The notes under the pieces: model-generated | Database searches by the model: none | The model's input: the letters and a program-made list of their open reading frames with translations, nothing else | What the model was told of the DNA's origin: nothing | Translations under genes and position numbers: made by a program | NCBI GenBank assembly: GCA_002269645.1 | Contig: NIVC01004545.1 | Span: 1-42,457 of the forward strand | Length of the DNA stretch: 42,457 bases | From: Macrostomum lignano | Taxonomy: Eukaryota | Direction of reading: 5' to 3' | Shown: positions 1 through 11,755 of the stretch, one piece after another | Layout: every line of letters starts with the position of its first letter | Position numbering within the stretch: position 1 is the stretch's first letter

Positions 1-335
1 TGATCTTCTTCTATCAGCGCCCCCCACCGTGGCGAGCCAACAAAGAATACAATAAAAAATTAAGTAAAGTACATGTACTTTGAAGTAGCTTCTGACTTTT
101 GCTTTGACATCTCAGAAACCCCCCTGTAATCTCAGTTATTGTGAGCCTTGACGTCTCAGTAATTCTCCCCAGCACAGCACTACAGCTTCATTTAATTTTT
201 ACATGACACCTTTCATGTCTGACATGACGTTTCTTTTGATTTTTACATTACGCTTCTTTATTCTTCCATGATGCTTCTTAATTTTTTAAATGACACTTTC
301 ATTAGTTTTTATGAGGCTTCTATGATTTTTTCATG

Positions 336-1136
336 ATGCTTCTATGATTGTTTACATGACGCTTCTATGATTGTTTACATGACGCTTCTATGATTGTTTA
401 CATGACGCTTTTATGATTTTTTACATGACGCTTCTATGCTTGTTTACATGACGCTTCTATGATTGTTTACATGACGCTTCTATGATTTTTACACGACGCT
501 TCAATGATTTTTACATGGCGCTTCTATGATTGTTTACATGACGCTTCTATGATTGTTTACATGACGCTTCTATGATTGTTTACATGACGCTTCTATGATT
601 GTTTACATGACGCTTCTATGATTGTTTTCATGACGCTTCTATGATTGTTTACATGACGCTTCTATGATTGTTTACATGACGCTTCTATAATTGTTTACAT
701 GACGCTTCTATGCTTGTTTACATGACGCTTCTATAATTGTTTACATGACGCTTCTATGATTGTTTACATGACGCTTTTATGATTTTAACATGACGCTTCT
801 ATGATTTTTTACATGACGCTTCTATGATTGCTTGCATGACGCTTCTATGATTTTTTACATTACGCTTCTATGCTTGTTTACATGACGATTTTATGATTTT
901 TTACATGACGCTTCTATGCTTGTTTACATGACGCTTCTATGATTGTTTACATGACGCTTCTATGATTTTTACACGACGCTTCAATGATTTTTACATGACG
1001 CTTCTATGATTGTTTACATGACGCTTCTATGATTGTTTACATGACGCTTCTATAATTGTTTACATGACGCTTCTATGATTGTTTACATGACGCTTCTATA
1101 ATTGTTTACATGACGCTTCTATGATTGTTTACATGT
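336..1136. repeat. 23-bp minisatellite (CATGACGCTTCTATGATTGTTTA)n, about 35 units
   Basis: Tandem 23-mers with point variants, read directly. Confidence 0.97.
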
Positions 1137-1256
1137 TTACATTACAACTTATCGGCCAAAAGTTTCCATCAGCCCAAAACCCTTTTTTAATTAGCACAAG
1201 GTGCTTATCTTTTGAAGCACAAACTCAGCACCACTAACCTTAACAACACTTTTCCA

Positions 1257-1535
1257 AGATTAGCAACGCTGCTCAGATTAGCACTACTTCCCCCCAGATT
1301 AGCACTACTCCTCAGATTAGCACTACTTCCCCCCAGATTAGCACTGCTCCTCAGATTAGCAATGCTCCTCAGATTAGCACTACTTCCCCCAGATTAGCAA
1401 CGCTCCTCAGATTAGCACTACTTCCCCCCAGATTAGCACTGCTCCTCAGATTAGCAATGCTCCTCAGATTAGCACTACTTCCCCCTAGATTAGCACCCCT
1501 ACCCCTAAATTAGCACTCCACTCAGATTAGCAACA
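1257..1535. repeat. CAGATTAGCA-core minisatellite (18-22 bp variable units), block 1
   Basis: Constant core CAGATTAGCA alternating with variable C-rich spacers (CTACTTCCCCC, ACGCTCCT). Confidence 0.95.
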
Positions 1536-2019
1536 CTTTACAAGACTTTGTCAGTAATGGTCTCTGAAAATTAGCGCATACAATAGAATTGCACTGCTGT
1601 AGAAGATTAATGCAGTCCCAGAATAATATAATTAAATGAACATTTCGTAAAATCTGCGTCAATCTGCATTGGAGGTGACATCAATGTTGTCACAAGTTTT
1701 GGGGATAAATTTTCTACTTCAATGCAGACTCGAATTGCCCAACATCTGCTTTGCCTCTACAACGCGGCTATTTTCGAAGAGAAGCCTTTACTGCTCCCTT
1801 GAGAATTCTCATTCATCCCCCCAGCATTCTGCAGTTCTCCAAGCAAATATTTGAATTTTTAAGGTAAAATCCAAGGTCACTAAAATTTTAAGGTGAAGAA
1901 TTTTGCAAGTTTAAAAAAAACGCGATCAAATTTGATTGAGGCATTCAGTATTAAATGCGTCATTCACAAACAGACAAAAAAGGTAGGACTTTTAGTATAT
2001 TAGAAAATTATATATTAGC

Positions 2020-2515
2020 ACTATTTCCCCAGATTAGCACCACTCCCCGGATTAGCACCATTCCCCCAAAAGTAGCACCTTCCTTAGATTAGCACTACTT
2101 CCCCCAGATTAGCACTACTTCCTCCAGATTAGAACTTCTTCCCCCAGATTAGCACCACTCCCCCAGATTAGCACCACTCCCCAGATTAGCACTATTAGCA
2201 CCTCTCCCCCAGATTAGCACTATTAGCACCACTACCCAAAAATTACCACCACTTCCCCAGATCAGCACCACCCCCAGATTAGCACCACTCCCCAAAAATT
2301 AGCAGAACTTCCCAAAAACTAGCACAGTTTTATACAAAATTAGCATCGCTCCCCCAGATTAGCACCGCTCCTCAGATTAGCATTACTGAGCCCCAGACTC
2401 CCCCCCCCAGATTAGCACCACTACCCCTAATAATTAGCACTCCGCCGCTCAGATTAGCAACACTTTGCCAAGATTAGCACTACTCCTCCAGATTAGCACC
2501 ACTCTTCCAGATTAG
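2020..2515. repeat. CAGATTAGCA-core minisatellite, block 2
   Basis: Same core, more degenerate spacers. Confidence 0.9.
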
Positions 2516-2595
2516 TAATGCTCTCTGCAAATTAGCACATACTCACAATAGATTGGCACTGATCTAAAAGATTAATGCAGTCCCAGAATAATATA

Positions 2596-3354
2596 GCTTT
2601 TTGCAGCTTATTTGGGCTTACGCGCATTTAATTTAATCCAATATACATTTGCCAATGTAACAGAGCTTATTGTCTATGGTAGAAAGGCTGCCACAGCGGC
2701 ACTTAATTTAGTCCAACAAGCATCAATTTGGTCCAAATGCTTGTGAGCCAATGGCAAACTCTTGCCTTCTCGCAACCGCCTAAGGTTTGTTGCGCACCGC
2801 TGGAATGTCAGCGTCTGTACCAGCAATTTTCAGTCGCTTTTCCAGAGCTCTGCTGATAGTCCAAATCTGATAACCAACTGGAACTTTTCCTTCAACTTCT
2901 GCTGCATTTTCTGCTCCGTCAACAAAGGGTTCGTCTCAATTGCATTAAGTAGCAGTTGGACCTGAGTCTCTAGCAACTTGCCTTGGCGATTGCCACCTTT
3001 CACAGGCGACCTATGCCAGAAGTGGTTTCAACACGCTGATGGATGCTGTAAACCATCTTTCTTCTACAATATATTCAGCAACCTTGCAATGTCCTTTGGG
3101 TATTCACCTCTGTTGATTGCTTTGACCACAAGCCAGTGGCATTCGTTCGACGACCTAGCATGGTTCACAATTATGGAGCTGATCTTGCTCCTCCGCAACA
3201 GTTGCAAATGAAGCTATGGACCAAATTGATGCTTGTTGGACTAAATTAAGTGCCGCTGTGGCAGCCTTTCTACCATAGACAATAAGCTCATTTACTTTGG
3301 CAAATCAATTTGGATTAAATTAAATGCACGTAAGCCGAATGGGCTGCAAAAAGC
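2596..3354 (-). mobile_element. Non-autonomous Tc1/IS630-type DNA transposon, ~140-bp TIRs, TA (or TATA) target duplication
   Basis: TIRs 2596-2735 and 3217-3354, inner 73 bp perfectly inverted (2663-2735 / 3217-3289). TA on both flanks. Empty paralogous site cagaataatata|attaaatgaac at ~1620-1642. Minus-strand interior encodes a broken transposase HTH N-terminus (KDIARLLNI...KGGNRQGKL...TNPLLT...WTISRALEKRL...IPAVRN). Confidence 0.85.
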
Positions 3355-3947
3355 TATATCATTCAATGAAAATTTCAAAATTTCAAAGTTATAGGGATAC
3401 TTTTCAGCTTCAATGCAGACTCCAATTGCCGACCATCTGCTTTGCCTCTACAACGCGGCTATTTTCGAAGAGAAGCCTATACTATTCCCTCAAGAATTCT
3501 CATTCATCCCCAAGCATTTTGCAGTTCTCTCGGCTGGCTCCTCAGTCTCAGCAAACTTACAATGATCCTTTCAACAATTTAAAACATTTCTCAGCATTTA
3601 GTACGACTCATTAATCAGTGTTCGATACATATCGGCGGACTTTTGCACAACTCAGGATTTAGCTGTGCCTATGCCTTCAGCAGTTTAGCAGCATTGTCTG
3701 CATTTTAGCAATTCCATACTTTAAATGGAGCTAGGCAACACCCATTGATGAGATCAGCCAGACTTGAAGCAGTTTTACATATCAATTTTTCTTAGTGGCT
3801 TGTGCCAATTAGCAAAAATAATTAATTGCTTTACTTAATAAAAAATTTCAATCGCTATTAATCAATATCAATATTAATCGAAAGATTTTCTAATTAGTCC
3901 ATGCATAATTTACAAATAAATATAAATTAATTCAAATTTAATTGTTC

Positions 3948-4019
3948 GCAGCGAGGTGGATTCGAACCTGGGACCTTACGCCTAGCCTAAACCTAGTGCC
4001 TACATGCGGCCACTCCGCC
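3948..4019 (-). pseudogene. tRNA-derived sequence (SINE head or tRNA pseudogene)
   Basis: Minus strand GGCGGAGTGGCCGCATGTAGG (A-box-like) ... GGTTCGAATCC (B box), 72 bp; acceptor stem pairs poorly. Confidence 0.65.
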
Positions 4020-4547
4020 TATTGATGGAAAGGCGAGAAAATCAGCCATATAAGCTTCGACACTGCAGTCAAATACATAGCAGTGATGGGCTGCTCAGTG
4101 CGCAGGCAGAGCCAATGCACAGTTGAGTGAAATCTATAAATAGCAATTGTCTATGCAGTCCGCCATTCAGCTAGGGTCAGAGGAATGTACACACAGCCAC
4201 TGAGCATTTTTTCTCTCCCTTGCACACTGTAGCCAGTATTGAAACTTGGAGAAAAAAGTTATGGCGCAATCTCAATTGGAGTTTCAATTCAGTCAGTCGA
4301 GATTTTGACCTTTTCTAGCCTCCCATTAAAAGCATAAGGAAAACTCGTTTTTCGAATATTTAATCCACTTAGCACGGAAGCAAATATTTGAAAAATTTTA
4401 GGTACAATCCTTGAAAAAATTTGCAGGTTTAGAAAAAAACGCGATCAAATTTGGTTGAGGCATTCAGTATTAAATGCGTCATTCACAAACAGACAGACAA
4501 ACAAACAAAGGTAGGACTTTTAGTATATAAGATTTAGTATATTTAGA

Positions 4548-5038
4548 CTAGCTAATTAGAGCTGGCTGCCAGCAGCCAGAATAATTTTTTTATTGCCCCC
4601 CTTTAAGTGGAGCGGAGTGAGTTTTCTTATCAGTTGGCTCTGGCGCAATCAATTAAGATTGACTGTGAAGTTTCTCGCTGATAAAATTTGCATTGAATTC
4701 GCCCATTTAAAACTGTTTTTCGAATATTTAATCCCTTTAGCATTGAAGCAGATACAAGAAATTTTAACCGTCTTCTTTCCAGACAATTTTGAATCTTTTG
4801 GCGAAAACGCGATCAAAATCGGTGAAGAATTGCAATCTCTAGAGCGTTATGGACAAGCATACAAATATTAGAGATTTAGTATATTTAGACAAGCAAACAT
4901 ACAAACCTTAGAGATTTAGTATATTTAGAAATCTCTAGAGCGTTATGGACAAGCAAGCAAGCATACAAATATTAGAGATTTAGTATATTTAGATTAGATG
5001 GACAAGCATACAAACCTTAGAGATTTAGTATATTTAGA
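4548..5038 (-). mobile_element. Short non-autonomous Helitron-like element with stacked 5' ends
   Basis: Minus-strand 3' end: hairpin CTGGCTG-CTGG-CAGCCAG, then CTAG|T (CTAG at 4548-4551). 5' end A|TCTAAATATACTAAATCTCT repeated four times between 4872 and 5038. Confidence 0.65.
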
Positions 5039-5190
5039 TAGATAGATTGGGGTGGCTGTTGTTAAACCTCACTTATAATAAATCGGATCGTTGTTTGTCA
5101 GTGAACTTAGCACTGTCGTCTCGCCTCGCATACTCTCAGCTCTTGACTTGCTCTTTTTAACAACTGTCTTATCTAAACATCTCCAAAAGC

Positions 5191-5229
5191 TGCCCTAAAG
5201 ATAATCGAAATGGTCGAAATGCATTGGCA
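5191..5229 (+). ncRNA. Decayed minimal type I hammerhead ribozyme (Penelope-type)
   Basis: TGCC CTAAAGA T AATC GAAAT GGTC GAA ATGCAT T GGCA. Helix I TGCC/GGCA and the GAA are retained; core is mutated from CTGAAGA. Homologous to the copies at 9418 and 24464. Confidence 0.6.
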
Positions 5230-5235
5230 TATACT

Positions 5236-5672
5236 CTGGTGGTCAACACAGAAAACCGTCGTGCTCTTCCTGCCGGACGACATCGAGGCTGCAAATTTGT
5301 GCCGAGGCGCTGATGGACAGGCGGCAGAGCTTCCGCGTTGTCAACAGTTCGTCTACCTCCGTGGTCTGATTTTCGGCGTCCGCGAAGGCTTGCGGCGTCG
5401 CCGCGGGCTTGCCTGGGCTGCCTTCCATTCTGTGAGGGCAGTCCTGCAGTCCGAGGACCTACCTGACCGCCAGAGGATGGCATTCTTCCAGGCGGTGGTC
5501 GAAACCGTCCTGTTGTAGAAAGCTGAGACCTGGACGCTGACGGATTCACTCGAGCAACAAGTTGACGCGGCGCCCACTGGCCTAATGCGCGCCGTCTTTA
5601 AGATCGGCTACGAGCAAGTGACCAACGCGCCTTTGTATCACCGCGCCGGCCTGGTCCGCCCAAGCAGTCTGA
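5236..5672 (+). mobile_element. RTE-like non-LTR retrotransposon fragment (RT C-terminus), degraded
   Basis: LVVN-QKTVVL...FVYLRG...RRGLAWAAF...RMAFFQAVVETVLL*KAETWTLTDSLEQQVDA...VTNAPLY matches the LINE pattern GLxVNxxKT...FKYLGS...SVLLYGxETWTL. One stop and one frameshift. Confidence 0.8.
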
Positions 5673-5922
5673 GTCTCTCTCCGGTCTCACTGTCGCTTTC
5701 CGGATTCGCAAAGCCCATAACTCTCGCCACGGCGCCCCAACGACCGTAGAGCCTGTCGACAGAGCTCTTCCATTTCTGGCTCAATAGGCGACATCGAATG
5801 AGACTTTTTAGCTCCAGCAGATTGAGAATGCGAGCTTCCAACTCTTCTGGAATAGACTGGTTAAACAGCTTCGTTTGCTGCTGTTGCACTGGCTCTGGAT
5901 CCTCGACGTCAGCCTCAGGCAT
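5638..5922 (-). pseudogene. F-box motif ORF truncated by the LINE fragment
   Basis: SIPEELEARILNLLELKSLIRCRLLSQKWKSSVD fits the F-box consensus LPxE(I/L)xxxIxxxLxxxxLxxxxxV(C/S)KxW. The last ~10 codons are antisense LINE sequence. Confidence 0.7.
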
Positions 5923-6722
5923 AGTTTTAGACGAGTTAACTTTTGTATATGCGACTAGCGCATTGCATATACACTTGAAATAAGCGGATTAAGAAATGAA
6001 GTACAATAAATTTGTAAAAAGCAGTTATAAATAATCAGAGATCATCCCCATACACTCTCCGCATACGAGAATAGTATATTCGTTTCGAAGGTGACGGATC
6101 GGCCCAACTGCCCTTGCCGACATACATGTACAAGGCGCTAGGGGGCTATAGAAGCTTTTTTATTCATGATGACTGGATATAGTTGTAGTGCTATTGGCCG
6201 CATTTGTAACGTTTTTTACATGTAACTAGTCCCGACAAAGCGTTTCGTTAAGTTTCAAAATTGGAAGGGAATATTGTTGTCGTGACGTGAATCCTGGCTA
6301 CGCGCCTGGTTCGAGCTCGTAATGTTTTTCTACAGCAAAAATTGAACTAACGATGCTTAGGTAAATTGCGGTAGTGACGATGTAGAGTAAAATAAGACAG
6401 ACGATTGAATCATATCGTATATTTCAAATTAATGGATTAATAAGAGTCGAAAAACAGTAAGTTCGACACAGGAACCAAAGCTAAATAAAACCAAAACTAA
6501 CTTAATAGATGGGGTTGAGTCCAGATGAAAGAAAGGTAGGAGTGCGCGGCTGAGGAAAGAGGCAAAATTGAAGAGCCAATCAGAAGGCAGCGAGGGAGAG
6601 AATTTTACAACTGAACTACTTACTGGACAGAGGGAGAGAAAACAGAGTAAGCACAGGCGAGTGCAGATCACCTGAAGAGATGTATTTTAGAAACATTGGA
6701 GAAATTTTAAAAACAATGTCAC

Positions 6723-7854
6723 TCAGTAAACTTTTTTCTTTATTGAATAGGATCTCATTTCTGTCACTCGCCAGCGTCAATTCTTCCTCATCGCGTCCCA
6801 AAGCTTGGCGAAGTTGACGGGGGCTGGCGGCTCCCCCATGGCAAACAGGCTCACCGAGACCTGCACAGTAAACGGAGAGCCGTAGCAGTCCATAAACTCC
6901 AGCTGATTTGGATCCACATCAATTCTATCAACTTTCCACTCGGACTCGTCTAGGATCTGCCAGCCGTCGCAGTCTGTCCAGTCAGGAAAGGTGAGGAAGA
7001 ACCAGAAAGCTCCCCGCTCCGACTCGTCAAGGATGTCCACAACTCGCCTCGCTGTGGCTCTGAGCAGGATCTCTTCAAATGGGGGGTTGAGCACCCAGCC
7101 GCCTGGATGCTGCATCAGGTCTATGTGAAAAAAAGTCGCCCAGACTGCCGAATGGGCTGTCAGTGTCAGGGAACAGGCTGCAGAACTTTGCTCCCTGCCG
7201 ACCCAGCAGCTGATAGTTGAGGGGCGAAGCGAAGCCCTCGTGAGCGGCTTCGCCCAGCTCGAACAGGGCATCGAAAGCTTTGGGGCAGAGGCTGGACTCG
7301 CCGCCTCTGAACATTCTCAGGCTGTGGTAGCGAAGGCACACCAGCGCGGCCCGCTGCTCACCGCGAAGCTCGACCAGCTGCTTGACTCGCTTGCTCCTAG
7401 GCGTCCAGAATTTCCCAAATATGATGCGGCCTCGACTGCCGGCCTCCTCGTATCGCAGCTGCACAGTTTGCTCCTCCTTTGCGATGTCACTCTCTCCCTG
7501 TAGAAACTGATCGATCATGGACAGCAGCGACTCTACCAAATGCGTCGCTTCGTCGCTCGACATGTCGGTGAAGCTCCCGCAGAACGATTTCACGAACTCA
7601 TCTTTGCTTCTGTTGTCGCTCAACTTCTGTGGCAGCAGACGGAATGTCTCGGACATTTGCTGACCATCGGTGGTCTGCATGGTGATGAGCCAACGACCGA
7701 ATTGAATTTCTGTCCTTTTCTGCTGATTTCTATGCTCAGCTGGCTGAAACCGTTGAGTGCGTTTCTTGAGCCAACTCACGAGTCGGTCTATTTCCCTAAA
7801 CTGGGAATACTCGAGCAGCAGTTTGACGTGAAGGTTTTGTTCTTCATCAGCCAT
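6723..7854 (-). pseudogene. PCIF1: PCIF1/CAPAM-like methyltransferase copy 1, +1 frameshift in an A-run at ~7128-7134 (pseudogene or read error)
   Basis: ORFs 7075-7854 and 6777-7271 join into a protein collinear with 20792-21922. A7 run here vs A6 in copy 2. In-frame TGA at 6777-6779. Confidence 0.85.
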
Positions 7855-8179
7855 AGTAAACTTCTATCATTGCCTTCTCACCTTAGGTCCTGGTTTTATG
7901 CTATCAGTTTTTTTCGTTTTTCGCTTTTCATTTTGTTTCTTTTTGGCTTTGAGATTTGGACTCGGTTTGTCAGCATCCGAACTGAAGTGTACGCTATGTT
8001 TTTCGAAACCCGCCCTCACGACTAAATGTACACATTTTGTAGCCTTTATACTGGTAACTGGGCTATTTTTAGCAGATTTCGAACTATTTTTCAACAAAAA
8101 CAATTCCTAAGAAATTCGTCATTGAAAGCAGGCGTAGAATAATACATACGAAGGAAAGAGGCAAAAACTGCGTACTGGT

Positions 8180-9151
8180 CATACATTTTATATTCCCCAG
8201 ATAAGTCACTCAGCGACCACAAGCATGCCCATAAAGCCTTTGTCTTTCTTAAACATTTTTGGGACTTATCAGGTATCATGTCTATAGCTTGTGCGCCTAT
8301 TAAGGGTTTTTAAAGGCATATTTAGCTATTTTCAGTATAAGGCTTTCAAATGTTGTATGTTTCACTTGAACCAGCGAGTGAATAACCAAATACTAGATTG
8401 TTATTAAAACAGTTAAACATTTGAACGAAGTACAAGAAACGATAAACATCCAAAGGTTTTAACAATAGTGAAGCTATTGTGAAGAGCTTGCTACAGTGTG
8501 AAGTGTGAAGTGTGAAGAGCTTGCTACTTGCTACTTGCTATAGTGTGCTACTGTAGCTAGTTAAACGTGTGTTATAAGATTGACTTCTTGTTTAATCGGT
8601 CTCCACCAGTTCTGTTGAAGCCGACTGAGAGGTAACGCATCCTTTGGCAGTCGGGTCCCCAAACTGTGCTGCGTTCCGTTGTTCATTCCGCATGCAGAAG
8701 GTTTAAAGTGGATATCGGAGTGGAGACTGTATATCTTTGTGTTATGTTTTCCTGACATTCTGGAGATCGACTTCGGTGTCGCCAATCCACTTCTGGGCAG
8801 CAGAGTCACTCTTAAGGAAGTTGTACAGCGAGATTTTGACTCCATCATCTGTTGATGGTGATAATTTATGTGTGCTGCAGCCTCGAACACAGAAGCACCT
8901 CGAATTCAGCACTCGTCTGCCTATTTGTTTGATAGCAAAGTGCAAGGACGAGATGACTGGTGAACTTTGTATTTGTTGCGAATATTTTTGTAACCACCGC
9001 AAAAATATACGTCTATGTCCCTTTAAGCTACTGACCTCAGACTTGTCTCAAGCGCTGTCGGATTGATTAAATTTTTCTTGCAATTTGCGCGGTCGGTCTT
9101 TTCCTATTGAAAGCATTGAGAGTGGCGTATCTAGGGAATATAAGATCTATG
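8180..9151 (-). mobile_element. Non-autonomous P-element/THAP-family DNA transposon (972 bp)
   Basis: 32-bp TIRs (8180-8211, 9120-9151; 27/32 identical, CATAGATCTTATATTCCCTAGATACGCCACTC). 8-bp TSD GTACTGGT/GTACCGCT. Empty site with a single GTACCGCT at 24218-24225. Broken THAP domain at ~8630-8905 (CVRGC...ISLYNF...KWI...HFKP...RLPKDALP). Confidence 0.85.
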
Positions 9152-9417
9152 GTACCGCTAATCAAGACTAAGTATGAGATCATACCAAAACTGTAATAAA
9201 TCATGTATTCTCAGATTGCTTGACCCACAAATTGTGAGCAACATGTACCAGTAGGCTCAGAAGCGGAATAAAAAACGACAGCTGACAGAAAGAAATCTCA
9301 TTAAAAAAGTATTTTTTTGCATTTTAAAAGCAGAATTAAAGGAAAGGATTCCGGCTTACACAGTAGTAGATGAATAAAGGAAGAAAACAAATATTAATTT
9401 TTTAATAAAAACGTATA

Positions 9418-9456
9418 TGCTGATACGTTTCGATAATTTCGGTCATCTTAAGGGCA
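9418..9456 (-). ncRNA. Decayed hammerhead ribozyme 3' of the Penelope endonuclease
   Basis: Minus strand TGCC CTTAAGA T GACC GAAAT TATC GAA ACGTAT C AGCA, ~140 bp downstream of the GIY-YIG remnant. Confidence 0.65.
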
Positions 9457-9596
9457 GCTTGGGCAGCTCGTACAAAAATTCCGGCCTAGATAGAGGGGCA
9501 GAGAGAAAGAGAGAGAGGGAGAGTAGGGTGCATTAGCGTTCTGACTAGCTAACTGCCAGTTCAAATTATGCTTTTGAGCTTAAATGTAAATGGCCT

Positions 9597-9970
9597 CTAA
9601 AGACTGCAGAAATCAATAATGTTAAACAAGTCGAGTGGGTTGCTGTTACAACATGAATCACACGTGAGCAGGTGTTCCTGGATGGCTGATCTTTTAGTCC
9701 CATTCTCCTTGACCCGTGTGTACAGGCGTCGCTTCGTTTTCCCTATGTAAAAGATACTCTGGTTATCATAGCACTGAAACTTATAAAAAACAAAATTTGC
9801 AGTAAGTGGTCGACGGACACGGGATTTCAACCTGCAGACTTGAGATGCTGCAGATAGTGAGACACCTGATCCTGAGCTGAATGAATAAACTTTTTTGAAC
9901 GGTTTTTTCATATTGTAAAACTCCATAGAATACAGGCAAAGAACGGCAGCACAATGATAGGTCTGCTAGT
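9597..9970 (-). mobile_element. Penelope-like element GIY-YIG endonuclease remnant
   Basis: LKSRVRRPLTANFVFYKFQCYDNQSIFYIGKTKRRLYTRVKE...SAIQEHL matches the PLE pattern VVYKFxC...YIGxTxRxLxxRxxEH. Confidence 0.85.
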
Positions 9971-10206
9971 TTGTTTTCAGCCACAAGCATTGGGCAGTCG
10001 CACAAATTATACTGTACATCGTCTTGCTTTGAAAAAATACAAAAGACTGTTGTTGGGCCTAGTGCGTGGGGTTCTGAGTGCGCTTTTACTCCGTGTATCG
10101 TTTGTGATTTTAACTCTGTGTGTGCTCATCGTCCATGGCTCACGCTCTTTGCACGTCTTTGCTCAATCGTGACTTTAATGTACATTGTTGGTGTTTTAGT
10201 TCTTGA

Positions 10207-10240
10207 CTAGCAATCTAGCGCCCCCCTTCGGGGTGGCCAA
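10207..10240 (-). mobile_element. Helitron-like 3' terminus
   Basis: Minus strand GCCACCC-CGAA-GGGGGGC hairpin followed by CTAGATTG-CTAG|T. Confidence 0.6.
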
Positions 10241-10560
10241 TAAGCAAGGGACGAATCCTTTAAAATGAAAAAAAATTCTTAGGGAGGGGGGCTAGAAATC
10301 GAATTCTCATTTTAATTCTGGGCTTATGTACCAATAAAACATGCTTGTGCAGAATTTTATAACAGACATTGAAATTCAACCATACTTGCCTTCTTTCAGA
10401 GCTACTTCTACCAGTGCGCTCCAGTACGCTACCAGTACCCTTGTAAGCCTTGACATGTCAGCAATCCCCCCCCCCACAAGCCTTAACATATCAACTCCCC
10501 CCTTGACATCTAAGCGATGCCCCCATAAGCCTTGAAATCTTAAAAAATCTGTCTACTTTC

Positions 10561-10599
10561 TAACCCTAACCCTAACCCTAACCCTAACCCTAACCCTAA
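10561..10599. repeat. (CCCTAA)6 telomere-like microsatellite inside a dispersed repeat
   Basis: Six exact TAACCC units. A decayed counterpart lies at ~11845-11892 in a sister repeat copy. Confidence 0.9.
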
Positions 10600-10880
10600 A
10601 GCATTGAAATTTCAGTAATTCTCTCTAAGAGTCATTATAGCACTACTACAGCATTATAGCGATTCCCTGCAAGCCTCGACATCGTAGGGATTCCCAAATG
10701 AATCTCTTAACTTCGACATGAAGCTTCTTTTATTTTTTACATTACGCTTTTTCTATCAGCGATCCCTCCCGTGAGGAGCCAACAAATAACATAATAACTT
10801 TTTTTCAATAAACTACATGTAGCTTCTGACTTTAGCCTTGACATCTCATTTATTCCCCCGTGAGCCTTGACATCTCAGCT

Positions 10881-11755
<875 letters not shown>

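Larger units (their letters stand above)
5..7998. repeat. Segmental duplication unit A (paralog of 12081-22067)
   Basis: Same sequence and identical ORF translations recur at offsets 12076, 14132 and 14069 (e.g. ORFs 2762/16894, 4593/18726, 5169/19238, 5638/19707). Shared sequence ends at ctgaagtgtacgctatg (7998 vs 22067). Confidence 0.97.

Noticed and set aside
3948-4019. Functional tRNA gene
   Set aside because: B box is good, but the acceptor stem and anticodon arm do not pair convincingly; tRNAscan-SE would decide.
5169-5577. Minus-strand ORFs 5169-5549, 5243-5428 and 5353-5577 (and duplicates) as genes
   Set aside because: Antisense shadows of the GC-rich LINE fragment.
7867-8103. Lys-rich upstream exon adding an NLS to the PCIF1-like protein (donor-like AG|GTGAGA near 7886)
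   Set aside because: Frame is not conserved among the three copies, and no plausible acceptor lies before the ATG.
5039-10206. Helitron read-through capture as the cause of the PCIF1-like duplication
   Set aside because: Near-identity between units extends ~1.6 kb past the Helitron-like 5' end, and the identity step (~6650) does not coincide with any terminus. Not excluded for older events.
10561-10599. True telomere or chromosome-fusion scar
   Set aside because: Only six units, one orientation, inside a dispersed repeat whose sister copy has a decayed version at the same position.
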